Of a stretch of 64,000 nucleotides of DNA, positions 52,530 to 62,416 are shown in pieces. The DNA comes from Bdellovibrionales bacterium (GTDB lineage: Bacteria; Bdellovibrionota; Bdellovibrionia; Bdellovibrionales; UBA1609). The position numbers and the translations under genes were made by a program. Position 1 is the stretch's first letter. The number at the start of each line of letters is the position of its first letter. A model generated the notes under the pieces. It saw nothing but the letters and a program-made list of their open reading frames with translations. It searched no databases and had not been told where the DNA came from. The DNA lies in NCBI GenBank assembly GCA_965242635.1, contig OZ251471.1:331388-395387 (forward strand), read 5' to 3'.

Positions 52530-55108
52530 TGGGCTTTCCTTTGTCTTGTGGTTTTTTTTGTGCCCACATTTCCAGCCATAAGCTTTAAAGCCACCGGCAG
52601 TTTAAGATCCTCTGTGGGCACATCCGCCGGCAGGGAATAGTTTTTACCCCCATTTTTAAGATAAGGGCCAAATTTGCCTTTCATCAGCTGAACTGGTTTT
52701 CGATTTTTCGGGTTAAGGCCCAGCTCTTTCAACACACGAGAGGAACGACGCTTTGGTTCTTTCAGCCGCTTGACAGCATAAGACAGATCCATATCAAAAA
52801 ACAAATCCTTTGGCACAGAGCGAAACTCCCCCTCATGCACAATGTAAGGGCCGAACCGGCCCAGGGATTTTTTAATTTCCTTCCCGGTCTCCGGATGATG
52901 CCCCAAACTTTTTGGAAGTTCCAAAAGCTTTAAGGCCCCTTTCAGGGTGATGCTGTTCTCATCAAAAAAAGGGCTTATGGACATGGTTTTTGGTTTTGGT
53001 TTTTTTTGTCTGGCACTTTTGACAGCAGAGGCTTTGGTTTTGTTGGTTCTTTTGTCCAAAGCTTTGTGGTTGTCTTTTCGAACATAAGGCCCGTATTTGC
53101 CCACAACCAAAAACACCTCCTGACCCGTTTTGGGATCTTTGCCAAGAGAACGACCCCCCTTAACCTTGTGATCTATAACACGCTCTATGATCTCTTTCGT
53201 GATCTCCCCCGGATAAACATGGATCGGCAAAGAGGCCGACACATCTCCTTTTTTTTGGGAAACATAAGCTCCAAAAGGGCCCACATTAAAGGCATAATCC
53301 TCAAAGCCCTTTAAGTTCAGGGAGCGGTATTTTTTGTCCCCTTTGGCTTTGTCCTGCTCCTCCACTTTTTTTCTCAGCCCCTTTGGTCCAAGATAGACAG
53401 ACTTCAGGTAACGAACATAATTTTTTTTGCCACGGGCAATATCGTCCAGATCCTTTTCCATCTCTGCCGTAAATTGTGTGTCCACATAGTCGGGAAAGTT
53501 TTTATGCAAAAAACGATTGACCACCAAAGCGGTAAAGGTGGGGATAAGACTGTTTTTTTCCTTTTTGACATAGTCCCTGTCCTGAATGGTGCTGATAATG
53601 CTGGCATAAGTGGAGGGACGGCCCACCCCCTCTTTTTCCAGTTTTTGAATAAGAGAGGCCTCCGTGTAACGGGCGGGGGGCTTGGTTTCATGGGGTTCTG
53701 CCTTTGCTTTCACACATTTCACCCTGTCCCCTTTTTTTAAAGAGGGAAGTTCTGTTTCCTCTATATGCTCCTTATAAACCAAATAAAAGCCGGGGAAAGC
53801 CATACTGGTCCCTGTGCTTTGAAAAAGAGACTGGTCCACTTTCATTTGAACCTGCACCTGATTTTGAATACAGTCTTTCATCTGGCTGGCCAAAGTGCGT
53901 TTCCATATAAGGGTGTAAAGGCTCAAGGCCGGGCCGTTGAGACGGGTTTTCTCCGGTAAAGTAAAAACATTCCCCGCGGGCCGGACAGCTTCATGTGCTT
54001 CCTGGGCCCCTTTGGCTTTGGCCCGGTATACTCTGGGGGCCGGGGGCAGGTTTTCTTTTCCATAGAGGGAATGTATTTGTGTCCGGGCGGAACGCAAAGC
54101 CTGAGAGGACAAAAAGGTGGAGTCTGTTCTCATATAAGTGATAAGGCCCTGCTCATAGAGCTTTTGGGCCAGCCCCATGGTTTGCCGGGAGGAAAAGCCC
54201 AACTTTCTGTTGCCCTCCTGCTGAAGAGTGGAGGTGATAAAGGGCGGGGGGGGTTTACGAACCACCTGCCTCTTTTTGACTTCCACCACATGGAACATTT
54301 TGCCTTTCAGCTGATTTTTTAATTTGAGGGCCTCTTTTTCTGTCATTAACAGGGCCTGTTTGTTTTTTAGCCGACCGGTTTTACTGTCAAAATCGGAACT
54401 TCGAACCAGAGGCTTTTTTTTGTGCTCTGTCAAACGACATGGAAAAGAGGGGGAGCCGTTTTTTTTAAGCTCCCCTGACACATCCCAATATTTTGTTTTC
54501 TGGAAGTCCAGACGCTCCATCTCCCTCTGGCTGATCAAAGAGACAGCCACAGACTGCACCCGCCCGGCGGAGAGGCCACGGGTAATTTTTTTCCACAAAA
54601 CAGGAGACAGACTGTAGCCCACCAAACGATCCAGAATGCGACGGGCCTCCTGAGCCTGCACCAAATGAGAGTCCACTGGACGGAAATTCTTAAGAGCCGA
54701 CTGAATGGCGGGCTTTGTTATTTCATGAAATACCATTCTTTTAACCGGAATTCCTGGCTTGAGAATCTCTGTAAGGTGCCAGGAAATGCTCTCCCCTTCC
54801 CTGTCTTCATCGGTGGCCAAAATCAACTCTGGTGCGGACTTCATTTTTTCTTTCAGTTTTTGGACTGTGGCTTTTTTGTCTTTGGGAATACAGTAAAAAG
54901 GATGAAAGTTGTTTTCCACATCCACACCAAGGCGTGCCCAGGGCTTTTTTCTGACCGATTCCGGCAAATCTTTGGAGGAGTCCGGCAGATCCCGGACATG
55001 CCCCATACAGGATTCCACCATGTAATCTGAACCAAGAAAACGTCCAATGGTCCTGGCCTTGACGGGCGATTCCACAATCACCAACTTTTTTCCTGTTTTT
55101 TTACTCAT
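52526..55108 (-). CDS. topA: DNA topoisomerase I (type IA) with GxxGPY C-terminal repeats instead of zinc ribbons
   Basis: TOPRIM LVIVESPVKARTI and ATDEDREGE. Active-site region GLITYMRTDS. C-terminal repeats GKYGPYV, GRFGPYI and GKFGPYL. SD GGAGGTG lies before the ATG at 55108. Confidence 0.9.
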   Translation of the reverse strand: MSKKTGKKLVIVESPVKARTIGRFLGSDYMVESCMGHVRDLPDSSKDLPESVRKKPWARLGVDVENNFHPFYCIPKDKKATVQKLKEKMKSAPELILATDEDREGESISWHLTEILKPGIPVKRMVFHEITKPAIQSALKNFRPVDSHLVQAQEARRILDRLVGYSLSPVLWKKITRGLSAGRVQSVAVSLISQREMERLDFQKTKYWDVSGELKKNGSPSFPCRLTEHKKKPLVRSSDFDSKTGRLKNKQALLMTEKEALKLKNQLKGKMFHVVEVKKRQVVRKPPPPFITSTLQQEGNRKLGFSSRQTMGLAQKLYEQGLITYMRTDSTFLSSQALRSARTQIHSLYGKENLPPAPRVYRAKAKGAQEAHEAVRPAGNVFTLPEKTRLNGPALSLYTLIWKRTLASQMKDCIQNQVQVQMKVDQSLFQSTGTSMAFPGFYLVYKEHIEETELPSLKKGDRVKCVKAKAEPHETKPPARYTEASLIQKLEKEGVGRPSTYASIISTIQDRDYVKKEKNSLIPTFTALVVNRFLHKNFPDYVDTQFTAEMEKDLDDIARGKKNYVRYLKSVYLGPKGLRKKVEEQDKAKGDKKYRSLNLKGFEDYAFNVGPFGAYVSQKKGDVSASLPIHVYPGEITKEIIERVIDHKVKGGRSLGKDPKTGQEVFLVVGKYGPYVRKDNHKALDKRTNKTKASAVKSARQKKPKPKTMSISPFFDENSITLKGALKLLELPKSLGHHPETGKEIKKSLGRFGPYIVHEGEFRSVPKDLFFDMDLSYAVKRLKEPKRRSSRVLKELGLNPKNRKPVQLMKGKFGPYLKNGGKNYSLPADVPTEDLKLPVALKLMAGNVGTKKTTRQRKAQ

Positions 55109-55202
55109 ACTGAATTCACCTCCAAAGAAACTGTTTGAACCCATTTTTATTGTTCTTATCGGGCCGGACAGCTTAAAGCTTTAAAAAACCAAAGCTGATT
55201 TT

Positions 55203-55424
55203 TTAACGGTAACGGTATATGATCAAGCCCAAAGTCAGATCATGCTGGGAAAAACCCACTGTCACCCTGTCCCCATTGACCACCTGAATATTGTAACGGC
55301 GCATTTTTCCACATAACCGGGCAGAAACCTCAATATCTTTTTTCTCCAGCTGGACCTTATACAGACCATTGGAGCACACCCGCACAATATGACCATCAAA
55401 TTGAATCAGATCCGATTTTGGCAT
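55203..55424 (-). CDS. infA: translation initiation factor IF-1
   Basis: MPKSDLIQFDGHIVRVCSNGLYKVQLEKKDIEVSARLCGKMRRYNIQVVNGDRV. Confidence 0.9.
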   Translation of the reverse strand: MPKSDLIQFDGHIVRVCSNGLYKVQLEKKDIEVSARLCGKMRRYNIQVVNGDRVTVGFSQHDLTLGLIIYRYR

Positions 55425-55483
55425 TTTAACCCCTTTGAGCATTCATCATTATTATACCTTTAAGATTGTTGAGAAGTGTGGTG

Positions 55484-56146
55484 TCATTTTTTCCCACTGA
55501 GTTTGAAGGAAGAATCATCATAGTTGGACAATAACATGCGGATCTTGTCCCTGAATATCACCTGTAGACGATGGTTTTTACTGCTGATAATCCAGCCCCA
55601 TCCAAAAACCGGATGACGAAGAGGGGTTTTGGCAGAAAAAATCCTGGAAATATGAAAGGGAACAGGTTTTATGTCCTGTGCTCTTTTATACAGATTTTCC
55701 CACTTTCTTTCGTGTTCTTTTTGCCGTTTTTCCTCTTTTTTGTTGGCCTTGTCCTCCGCGGATGATTTTTTTTTCGGCTCATCTGCCTTTTTTTTGGCTT
55801 CGTCTGTTGGACTTTTGGCCTGGATTGGCCCCTTGACCTTTGGAGCTTTGGCCGGCACACTTTTGGCCTTGACGGGCTTGGCCGGCTTGCTCTGAACCTT
55901 GCTGGCCTGAACCTTGGACTTGGCCGGCTTGGCCGATGAGCTTTTCACCTTGCTGGCCTGAACCTTGGACTTGGCCGGCTTGGCCGGCTTGCTCTGAACC
56001 TTGCTGGCCTGAACCTTGGCCTTGGCCGGCTTGCTCAGAACCTTGCTGGCCTGAACCTTGGCCTTGACCGGCTTGGCCGATGAGCTTTTCACCTTGCTGG
56101 CCTGAACCTTGGCCTTCTGGTCTTTTGTGACAGTTTTGGTCGGCAT
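55484..56146 (-). CDS. Lys/Ala-rich repeat protein (histone H1 / AlgP-like N-terminal half) with unknown C-terminal domain
   Basis: There are about 7 units of AKVQASKV(Q/K)S(K/S)(P/S)AKPA(K). This is followed by a charged linker and the domain ...HPVFGWGWIISSKNHRLQVIF... Confidence 0.6.
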   Translation of the reverse strand: MPTKTVTKDQKAKVQASKVKSSSAKPVKAKVQASKVLSKPAKAKVQASKVQSKPAKPAKSKVQASKVKSSSAKPAKSKVQASKVQSKPAKPVKAKSVPAKAPKVKGPIQAKSPTDEAKKKADEPKKKSSAEDKANKKEEKRQKEHERKWENLYKRAQDIKPVPFHISRIFSAKTPLRHPVFGWGWIISSKNHRLQVIFRDKIRMLLSNYDDSSFKLSGKK

Positions 56147-56301
56147 AATTTTTCCCTCTAAAAAATTGTATCAAAAAACATGTTGGGATTCTTTGACCAT
56201 TTTATGCCCCAACAAAAGCGGTCGTCAAGGCCCTTTTTTTATTGATTTTTTCAGGACTTTTGGTCAGTAGCTTGATGGCCCGGTGGTGGCCCTGTCCCTT
56301 A

Positions 56302-57429
56302 TTACTCATTTTGTGCGGTCGGGGTCGTTTGGGCAATACTGCCCCCACCCAGCATTTGCCGGCCCCGGTAAAAGACCACCGCCTGACCAGGAGTGATCGC
56401 CTTCTGAGCCGTCTCAAAATACACCCGGCCCCCCAGACTGTTTTTGGCTGGTTCTTTGTAAAAGCGGGCAGGGCACCCGGCATGGTGAAACCGTATTTTG
56501 GCCTGTAGTCTTTCCCCCTCCTTCACCTCATCCAGCCAGTTCAAATCCACCAAAGGGGCCTGATCACTGTAAAGCTCCTGTTCCCCCCCCAACCACAAAG
56601 TGTTGTTTTTTGTGTCTGTTTTAACCACATAAAGTGGACGGTTGGAGGCCACACCCAGGCCTTTTCTCTGCCCATAAGTAAACTGGTAAAGCCCCTTGTG
56701 CCGGCCCAACACCTCACCCGAAGGATAAAGCCGGACAGGCCCTTCTTTTGCTTTGCCTTTTTCATTTAGGTTTTTTTGAATAAAGTCCGCATACCCTCCC
56801 TTGCCCACAAAGCAAAGGCCCGTGGAATCTTTTTTTCGAAAAACATCAAGGCCCCTTTCTTTGGCTATTTGCCGGACCCGGGCTTTGTCCATGCCCCCCA
56901 CGGGGAACAACAAATAGGGCAAAACCTTTGGCGACAGCGTAAATAAAAAGTAAGTTTGATCTTTCCAGTCATCGGCACTTTTAAGGACACGGCAGGTGCC
57001 GGTGTTTGTTTTTTCCACCTTTGCGTAATGGCCCGTGGCCAGATAGTCGCACTCCAGCTCTTTCCTTTTTTGAATGAGATGGTCAAACTTGAGGTAAGTG
57101 TTGCAGTCCACACAGGGGATGGGTGTTTTGCCTTTGAGGTAAGAGTCCATAAATTTATCGATCACCTTTTCCTTAAAGCGTGCCTCACAGTTCAGCATAT
57201 AAAAAGGAATGTTCAGCTTTTGACAGACGGCACGGGCGTCCTCCACATCCACACTGGAGCAACATGTGCCATAGCCTTCCTGAATATCGGACTCAGGACG
57301 GGAATGGTCCCATACCTGCATGGTCATGCCCACCACATCGTAGCCCTGATCCTGCAAAAGGACGGCGGAGACACTGCTGTCCACCCCACCACTCATGGCC
57401 AAAAGCACCCGCTTTTTGTTTTTTTTCAT
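56302..57429 (-). CDS. mnmA: tRNA 2-thiouridine(34) synthase
   Basis: PP-loop VLLAMSGGVDSSVSA, CCS..D, TGHYA and DQTYFL. Confidence 0.9.
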   Translation of the reverse strand: MKKNKKRVLLAMSGGVDSSVSAVLLQDQGYDVVGMTMQVWDHSRPESDIQEGYGTCCSSVDVEDARAVCQKLNIPFYMLNCEARFKEKVIDKFMDSYLKGKTPIPCVDCNTYLKFDHLIQKRKELECDYLATGHYAKVEKTNTGTCRVLKSADDWKDQTYFLFTLSPKVLPYLLFPVGGMDKARVRQIAKERGLDVFRKKDSTGLCFVGKGGYADFIQKNLNEKGKAKEGPVRLYPSGEVLGRHKGLYQFTYGQRKGLGVASNRPLYVVKTDTKNNTLWLGGEQELYSDQAPLVDLNWLDEVKEGERLQAKIRFHHAGCPARFYKEPAKNSLGGRVYFETAQKAITPGQAVVFYRGRQMLGGGSIAQTTPTAQNE

Positions 57430-57550
57430 GTCACTCTTTCCCTTGAACTGGACCTCTTTAGTGCCATTTTTTGCCCATTAGAGGACGAAAGTCAAGAAAA
57501 AAGCTTTTTGGCTTTGACAGGGAAAAGGGCCTGCTCTATAAAGGGCAAAT

Positions 57551-58837
57551 ATGGACATCATTATTATAGGGCTTTCGGTCCTGTTTTTTATGGGGCATGC
57601 ATTGAATTGGTTTTTCATAAAGACCAAAGTGCCTGATCTCCTCATCCTCATTATCATGGGCTTTATCCTGGGGCCGGCTGTCACGGGCCTCATTCAGCCG
57701 GACCTGCACTTGGGGCAGGCGGGCAAAGTGCTCTCCATTATCACGCTTATCATCATTCTCTATGAAGGGGGCCTGCACTTGAGTTTTAAGGACCTGGCCG
57801 AGTCCTCCCTTTCCGCCCTCAGCCTCTCCCTTTTAAGTTTTCTCTCCATAACTGTCGTAACCACCCTTGCGTTAATGGCTGTCCTGCCCCTTATGCCCGC
57901 TATTTTGGTGGGGGTGGGCATTGGAAGCACCTCTTCGGCCATTGTCATCCCAATGGTGAAGCCTCTGGCCATAAAAAAACAAACCAAAACAGTGCTCTCC
58001 CTGGAATCCGCTTTTACTGATGTTCTGACCATTGTGATCTTTTTGGGGCTTTTGGAGTATCTGACGGCAGAAGACAGCAGTGGGGGGCAATTTTTTATCA
58101 GCCTCAGCTCCACCCCCATAATGTCGGTGGGTATAGGGGTTTTTGCCGGTATTGTGTGGGCTTTTTTGAGAAAAGCGACAGAGGTGTCCCGCCTTCCCTT
58201 TGCCGGTGAGGCGGCCGCTTTGTTGACTTATGGCCTTTTGGAATTTTGGTCCCTGAATGGAGCTATAGGGGTGTTGAGCCTGGGCTTCACGCTGGCCAAT
58301 ATCAACCTTATTCCCTCCCAATTAAGAGTTGTTTTGGAGGACAAGCCTGTGACAACTGATGAGCTGAGCCTGCTCAGTGCTGTCACTTTTTTATTGCGGA
58401 CTTTCTTTTTTCTTTACCTGGGGCTGTTAATTCAAGTCAAGGGGCTTTCGGCCATCCTCTGGGCCTTCGCTTTGACCGCTCTTATTTTTGCCACCCGTTA
58501 CATTTCCATCCGGCTGGTGTTCAACAGCAGGAATTTTGCCCGTCTGGATGCTTTAACAGCCACCGCCATGGGCCCCAGAGGCCTGGCCTGTGCTGTGCTG
58601 GCCACCCTGCCTTTGCAAAGGGGGTTGGAAGACGGAGAGTGGATTCAAAACCTGATTTTTGCGGTCATTCCCCTCTCCATTCTGACCACTTCCCTTATTG
58701 TGTCTTTTGCGGAAAAAGACTGGTTCAAAAGCAGGATCAAAGCTTTTTACAGAAAATACCCGGAAGAAAGCCCTTTGGAGCAACAGCCTGTTAAAGAGTC
58801 CACAAATATCCCGGAAAATAATAAACCACTGCAATAG
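57551..58837 (+). CDS. cation:proton antiporter (Na+/H+ exchanger family)
   Basis: 428 aa, about 11-12 hydrophobic segments and the LILYEGGLHL motif. Confidence 0.75.
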   Translation: MDIIIIGLSVLFFMGHALNWFFIKTKVPDLLILIIMGFILGPAVTGLIQPDLHLGQAGKVLSIITLIIILYEGGLHLSFKDLAESSLSALSLSLLSFLSITVVTTLALMAVLPLMPAILVGVGIGSTSSAIVIPMVKPLAIKKQTKTVLSLESAFTDVLTIVIFLGLLEYLTAEDSSGGQFFISLSSTPIMSVGIGVFAGIVWAFLRKATEVSRLPFAGEAAALLTYGLLEFWSLNGAIGVLSLGFTLANINLIPSQLRVVLEDKPVTTDELSLLSAVTFLLRTFFFLYLGLLIQVKGLSAILWAFALTALIFATRYISIRLVFNSRNFARLDALTATAMGPRGLACAVLATLPLQRGLEDGEWIQNLIFAVIPLSILTTSLIVSFAEKDWFKSRIKAFYRKYPEESPLEQQPVKESTNIPENNKPLQ

Positions 58838-58893
58838 AAGACAAGATCAGTATATTTTATCCTTATTTTTGTCGTTTCTTTTAAAGGCTTGAG

Positions 58894-60042
58894 ATGTGCT
58901 CAAAAATTATATCCGTCCCCTGTAAGATCAGTATAAAAGCCCTTTTGTGCTTTATGTGGTTCTTTGCCTCTCCTGGTTCAGCCACAGAGGCCACCCTCCC
59001 TTTTGAGCCCTCCGCCCCTACAGCACCTGAGGTGTCCAATGGGCCGGTGGCTGAGCCTGTTGTGGAAGTGGACAGCCAGTGGCCTTCCTGGTTTCTCTTT
59101 CAGGACAACAATCCGCAAAAATGGGCTGTTTTGCCTGTGTATTCCCATAACTCCACCTATGGCCATATTACAGGAGGGCGATTTTTTGTCTATCCTGCCG
59201 GCAACACAGGCTATTACACCTCTTTGGAAGGGGCCGTCAGTCAGAATCTTTTTTTCGAAAGCTCCTTTACTTATCAATACTGGAGGGAAAACGGCGATCA
59301 GTTCTCCTTCACCGCCCTCTATGACGGATTTAGTGAGCCTTATTATGGGGAAGGCCCAAACACCAAACCAGGGGATCGACAGGACATCCCCACAGATAAA
59401 ATACATGTCCGGGCAGAATATATATCCCACCTCCGATCCCATCTCCACGGAGGGGCTTTTTTTGGCTTTGACTACAGAAAGGAAGAGGGTGCCCGGCCCG
59501 TCCATGAACAGGAACAGTTTTTATCAGGCGGTTTTTTACTGCAATATGATTCCAGAGACAATTATTTTAATGCCACCAAAGGGGAATATTACGAACTGAA
59601 ATCATGGGTTCTCTTTCCTCTTCCCAGCCCTGTCTTTCTCAACGGGGAGGTGCAACTGTTTTTGCCTCTTTATAAAAAGTATTGGGTGTTGGCTGGAAGG
59701 GCCAGCCTTGGCACCAGCCTGTTGCATTCAGCCCCTTATTTGTTTCGTTTTGCTTTGGGAGGGCCCAACAAACTCAGAGGCTACAGGCAAAACCGTTTTC
59801 GCGGGGACAAATATTATTTGTCCCAAGTGGAAATGAGATACACCCCCTGGCCTTTTTTGACTGTGGCTGGCTTTTTTGACATGGGATCGGCCGGTGATGT
59901 GTTTGATCTTCCCTCCCGTTATTCTTTTGGAGGGGGCTTGAGGTTTGGCCTGCCCCCGGATTACAACAAAAAAATGAGAGTGGAAGTGGGTTTTGGCCAT
60001 GATCAATACAATATTGTGGCGGGCTTCGGTCACCCTTTCTGA
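58894..60042 (+). CDS. outer-membrane beta-barrel protein (Omp85/surface-antigen-type barrel)
   Basis: Has a signal peptide, alternating aromatic beta-strand pattern, NKLRGY motif and a terminal ...GFGHPF. Confidence 0.5.
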   Translation: MCSKIISVPCKISIKALLCFMWFFASPGSATEATLPFEPSAPTAPEVSNGPVAEPVVEVDSQWPSWFLFQDNNPQKWAVLPVYSHNSTYGHITGGRFFVYPAGNTGYYTSLEGAVSQNLFFESSFTYQYWRENGDQFSFTALYDGFSEPYYGEGPNTKPGDRQDIPTDKIHVRAEYISHLRSHLHGGAFFGFDYRKEEGARPVHEQEQFLSGGFLLQYDSRDNYFNATKGEYYELKSWVLFPLPSPVFLNGEVQLFLPLYKKYWVLAGRASLGTSLLHSAPYLFRFALGGPNKLRGYRQNRFRGDKYYLSQVEMRYTPWPFLTVAGFFDMGSAGDVFDLPSRYSFGGGLRFGLPPDYNKKMRVEVGFGHDQYNIVAGFGHPF

Positions 60043-60731
60043 AACAGATCTCTTGTGACCTGAGTGGGCTGTTTCTGATGAGCTGGATGGGCAGGCCCCT
60101 CCACTTGTGCATAAGCAAAAGCCAGCCCGGCCATTTGAAAGGCCCCCCCACGGCCCCGGATTTTGGAAGAGGAAAAAGAAAAAAGCCATGCCTCATCACC
60201 AAACTCTGTCCAGTCAAAAATACGGCACTGGCCGGGCAAAATGACCCCCTTGTCCCACTTCAGGCACTTGAAACTGGCCTCTTTAGCTGTCCACAAAAAA
60301 GCTCTGTCCGGGGCCTGTTCCCGCTCTTCCTGAGTGGCTATCCGGCCAATCACTTTATCGTTCACCCTTTCGGCCAACTCCATGTCAAAACCTATGGAGC
60401 GGCTTTTATCAAAAGAAAACACAAAACCACCCATAACAGAACAGTGGGCCATGGAGATAGTGGCCAGGCTGTGCTGAGGACGGTCCCCCGGCACCATCAG
60501 CTGTTTCCACTCCCCCTCTGGGGCTGGCGGGCCATCGCTGGCAGACACTTTTTGTGTGAGCAAAGCTCTGTGTAAAGAATGCACAAGCTTTTTTCTCAGG
60601 GCTTTTCGTTTTTGCCAGGTCACACCAGGAGGATCAAACCCCTCCAGCTCACAATAAAGGGAGGAATGACCCAATTTATGACCCATCCGAAATATACGGG
60701 ATATGACATCATTCCTGTATTTTGCGTTCAT
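60030..60731 (-). CDS. 4'-phosphopantetheinyl transferase family protein
   Basis: IGFDMELAERV (GxDxE) and FLWTAKEASFKC (WxxKEAxxK). Confidence 0.6.
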   Translation of the reverse strand: MNAKYRNDVISRIFRMGHKLGHSSLYCELEGFDPPGVTWQKRKALRKKLVHSLHRALLTQKVSASDGPPAPEGEWKQLMVPGDRPQHSLATISMAHCSVMGGFVFSFDKSRSIGFDMELAERVNDKVIGRIATQEEREQAPDRAFLWTAKEASFKCLKWDKGVILPGQCRIFDWTEFGDEAWLFSFSSSKIRGRGGAFQMAGLAFAYAQVEGPAHPAHQKQPTQVTRDLFQKG

Positions 60732-60736
60732 ATTTT

Positions 60737-60875
60737 TATACTGAACTTTGTTTGAAAATGCATGTTTCTTATCTTTGCCTGTCCGGGGGAAACCACATCA
60801 GAGGCCACACCCTTTTCAAAGGGCAGACCCTTCGTCGGGGCAGGTTCTGCCTGCCCCCAAGCCAGTTTGGCTTAA
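60737..60875 (+). repeat. R1 element, divergent full copy, overlapping the last ~20 codons of cutA
   Basis: TATACTGAACTTTGTTTGAAAATGCATGTTTC...CACCCTTTTCAAAGGGCAGACCCTTCGTCGGGGCAGGTTCTGCCTGCCCCCAAGCCAGTTTGGCTTAA. Confidence 0.85.
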
Positions 60876-61187
60876 CTGTGCATCCAGGTAGGAGAAAAAA
60901 GAGGGATGGCCTTTGGAAAAGGGAATAAACACAATGCAGGGGCATTCGTAACTCGAGTATTTTAAAATGGCTTTTCGGGCCTGTTCAAACAAATCCTCAC
61001 GGGTTTTTAAAATCAGCACCGTTTCTTTCTCCTCTGTGTATTTTCCCTTCCACTCATAGCAGGACACAACAGACGGAAAAATGTTGGCACAGGCCACCAG
61101 CTTTTGCTGAACGAGGGCAGAGGCTGTTTTTCGTGCCTCCTCTGAACTGGAAACGGTGACATAAATAAAACCGTGGGGGTTTTTCAT
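60816..61187 (-). CDS. cutA: divalent-cation tolerance protein CutA
   Basis: FIYVTVSSSEEARKTASALVQQKLVACANIFPSVVSCYEWKGK...YECPCIVFIP. The C-terminal ~20 aa are read from the R1 copy. Confidence 0.8.
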   Translation of the reverse strand: MKNPHGFIYVTVSSSEEARKTASALVQQKLVACANIFPSVVSCYEWKGKYTEEKETVLILKTREDLFEQARKAILKYSSYECPCIVFIPFSKGHPSFFSYLDAQLSQTGLGAGRTCPDEGSAL

Positions 61188-61558
61188 TTCTTATCCCTCC
61201 ATATCTCCAAATCATATCCGAAAAGGGCCTGTTGTCAAATTTTAATACAGCAACCATTTGTGGAAAAAGAGGCTTTTCAGGCCCCATTTCCGCCCCCGCA
61301 CAGGAAATAAGAGGCTTTTTAAGGGTTTTCCGGAGCTTTAATGGCCCTGACAACAGCCCGCCTGTCGCCCGTGGAACCTCTTTGTCCCTGCTGTTTAAAA
61401 TGTGTCTGTGATTTTGTCTCATTATGAAACACTTTTGGGCCATCCCACCCCAATGGACAAAAAAAATATCAATAATTTTAAATACTTACATATATCTGCC
61501 TTCCATCTTGCATACCTTATAGGGTGCAGGCCAAACAACCAAAACCAGGAGGTTCAAA

Positions 61559-62272
61559 ATGAATCATTTTAATTGTCCCGTTTGTGGCTCTCAACTGAAA
61601 AAAGCCGGGCAAACTTCTTTTTGCTCTTGCGGATGGAGCCGATCTTTCAACCAAAAAGAGCACAAAAGAGCACAAACCGCCATAGCCAAAAACATTGTTA
61701 TTGCCGGTTTGGGGCTTATGGCTGGCATCGTATATATAGGCAGTTGGGGTTCTTCCTCTGTGAGTATTGCCCCTCTGAAAGCACGCCAATGGACAGGACA
61801 GCTGAATCCGGCCTCCTTCCAAAAACTCAAAACCATCTGCATGAGACTTAAAAAATACGACTGTGTGGAAAAAGCACAGGAATCTTTTTTTCAGTCTTCC
61901 GGCGACATGAAAGCACTGGAGGAGATGGGCGAGTTTCAATACCGCAGAAAAAAGTTTGACCAAGCCCAAAAGACCTACCACCGGTATTTTACACAAAAAG
62001 GAACCAGTGTGAAGTCAGCCTATAATTATGCCCGCATTTTGGAGAAATCCGGGCAGGACAAACACGCTCTCTCTTACTATCAATATGCTTTGAAGGCAGA
62101 GCCTGACACCCTGCAAATCACTGTTATGCGTTCTTACATTGATTTGATGGTGAAAATGGGTCAAACCCATCAGGCCCGTCAGGAGCTTTCCCGCTTAAAG
62201 CCCGTCATAACGAGGGCTGGCTCTCTGGCTCAACAGGAATACCACCGTTGGAACAAACAAGTAAACGGTTAA
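61559..62272 (+). CDS. zinc-ribbon / TM / TPR-repeat protein
   Basis: N-terminal CPVCG...CSCG, one TM segment (IVIAGLGLMAGIVYIG) and TPR-like repeats. SD AGGAGG. Confidence 0.65.
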   Translation: MNHFNCPVCGSQLKKAGQTSFCSCGWSRSFNQKEHKRAQTAIAKNIVIAGLGLMAGIVYIGSWGSSSVSIAPLKARQWTGQLNPASFQKLKTICMRLKKYDCVEKAQESFFQSSGDMKALEEMGEFQYRRKKFDQAQKTYHRYFTQKGTSVKSAYNYARILEKSGQDKHALSYYQYALKAEPDTLQITVMRSYIDLMVKMGQTHQARQELSRLKPVITRAGSLAQQEYHRWNKQVNG

Positions 62273-62416
62273 ACAATAAAGGAGGAACCAAAAGGACAAA
62301 GCCTCTGGCTCTCAAGCCGGGGGCTTTGCCTTTATATAATCCCCTCTGAAAAATCTTAAGTTTTTCCTGAGCAACAGGTTTTTTTTCAGGACCAACTCCT
62401 CTTATATGGCTGACCA

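Noticed and set aside
61225-61359. Long-range inverted repeat GGGCCTGTTGTCA / TGACAACAGCCC in the 370-bp cutA-TPR intergenic region, considered as an ncRNA (SRP or 6S)
   Set aside because: The arms are only 12-13 nt with an indel, which is about the chance expectation for a window this size. No SRP, 6S or RNase P signature motifs were found.
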